A DNA stretch of 58,491 nt from contig JBHHXE010000002.1 in the NCBI GenBank assembly GCA_046756865.1, forward strand, positions 1 to 58,491, written 5' to 3'. This DNA is from Nitrospiria bacterium (lineage in GTDB: Bacteria; Nitrospirota; Nitrospiria; SBBL01; JAADHI01). The notes below the pieces were generated by a model, which was not told the DNA's origin, did not search any database, and saw nothing but the letters and a program-made list of their open reading frames with translations. Position numbers and translations under genes: made by a program. Positions 58,078-58,491 of this stretch are shown piece by piece (position 1 is the stretch's first letter; each line of letters begins with the position of its first letter).

Positions 58078-58105
58078 CATGTCGATACCGTGGGGAGATG
58101 AATCT

Positions 58106-58491
58106 TTACAACTCCTTTGGGATCTTAATTTTCTTCTTCTTTGCTGTTTTCCGTGCCTGGTCATAGCCGGCGTCGAAATGCCGTGCGACGCCGATTCCGG
58201 GATCGACGGTGAGGACATTTTGAAGACGCTTCTCTCTGGCTTTAGTTCCGTCTGCGACGATGACCATCCCCGCGTGGAGGGCATTCCCGATCCCGACGCC
58301 GCCTCCATGGTGAAAAGAGACCCAGGAGGCGCCCGAAACAGCGTTCAGGGCAAAATTGATGAAGGGCCAGTCGGCGACCGCATCCGAGCCGTCGGCCATT
58401 TCCTCGGTCTCCCGGTGCGGAGAGGCAACCGAACCACAATCGAGATGATCCCGGCCGATGACGATGGGGGCCGACACCTCTCCACGCCGGA
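58106..58491 (-). CDS. hutU: urocanate hydratase, C-terminal part (5' end beyond window)
   Basis: The sequence [17 protein letters not shown]...[13 protein letters not shown]...VADGT matches the HutU C-terminus. The frame stays open to the window edge. Confidence 0.9.
   Translation of the reverse strand, partial: RRGEVSAPIVIGRDHLDCGSVASPHRETEEMADGSDAVADWPFINFALNAVSGASWVSFHHGGGVGIGNALHAGMVIVADGTKAREKRLQNVLTVDPGIGVARHFDAGYDQARKTAKKKKIKIPKEL

Overview
This 58.5-kb window is a chromosomal segment from a diderm (Gram-negative-type) bacterium of moderately high GC. The taxon cannot be determined from the sequence alone. All calls come from reading the ORF translations and the DNA by eye; no database search was run.

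About 55 protein genes are supported, mostly housekeeping:
- the xseB-ispA-dxs-tlyA block, xseA and rarA
- zapB-zapA
- an rmlABCD (rfb) dTDP-rhamnose cluster with a DegT-type aminotransferase, and recO
- ubiE/menG
- an RND efflux pair
- a Ni-superoxide dismutase with its maturation protease (sodN-sodX)
- kbl-tdh, hutI and hutU
- two large c-di-GMP signalling proteins

The most interesting locus is at about 25.9-34.2 kb. It reads fur, two paralogous outer-membrane porin-like genes, an ApbE flavin-transferase fused to an FMN_bind domain, an uncharacterised 4-TM protein, and a ferric-type ABC permease and ATPase with no binding-protein gene. The second porin sits behind a near-consensus Fur box. 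I read this as a candidate flavin-based iron-acquisition module.

Other notable signals:
- a roughly 195-nt long-hairpin 6S-RNA-like candidate downstream of zapA
- a 160-bp hairpin element inserted next to it, flanked by a perfect 21-bp direct repeat
- at least two families of structured intergenic repeats (F1, F2) and a GTGAAT-heptamer inverted-repeat motif (F3)
- an AT-rich islet encoding two orphan lipoproteins
- a hicAB toxin-antitoxin insertion splitting hutU from hutI, beside a pseudoknot-capable inverted-repeat element

No rRNA, tRNA, CRISPR array, transposase or integrase was recognised.
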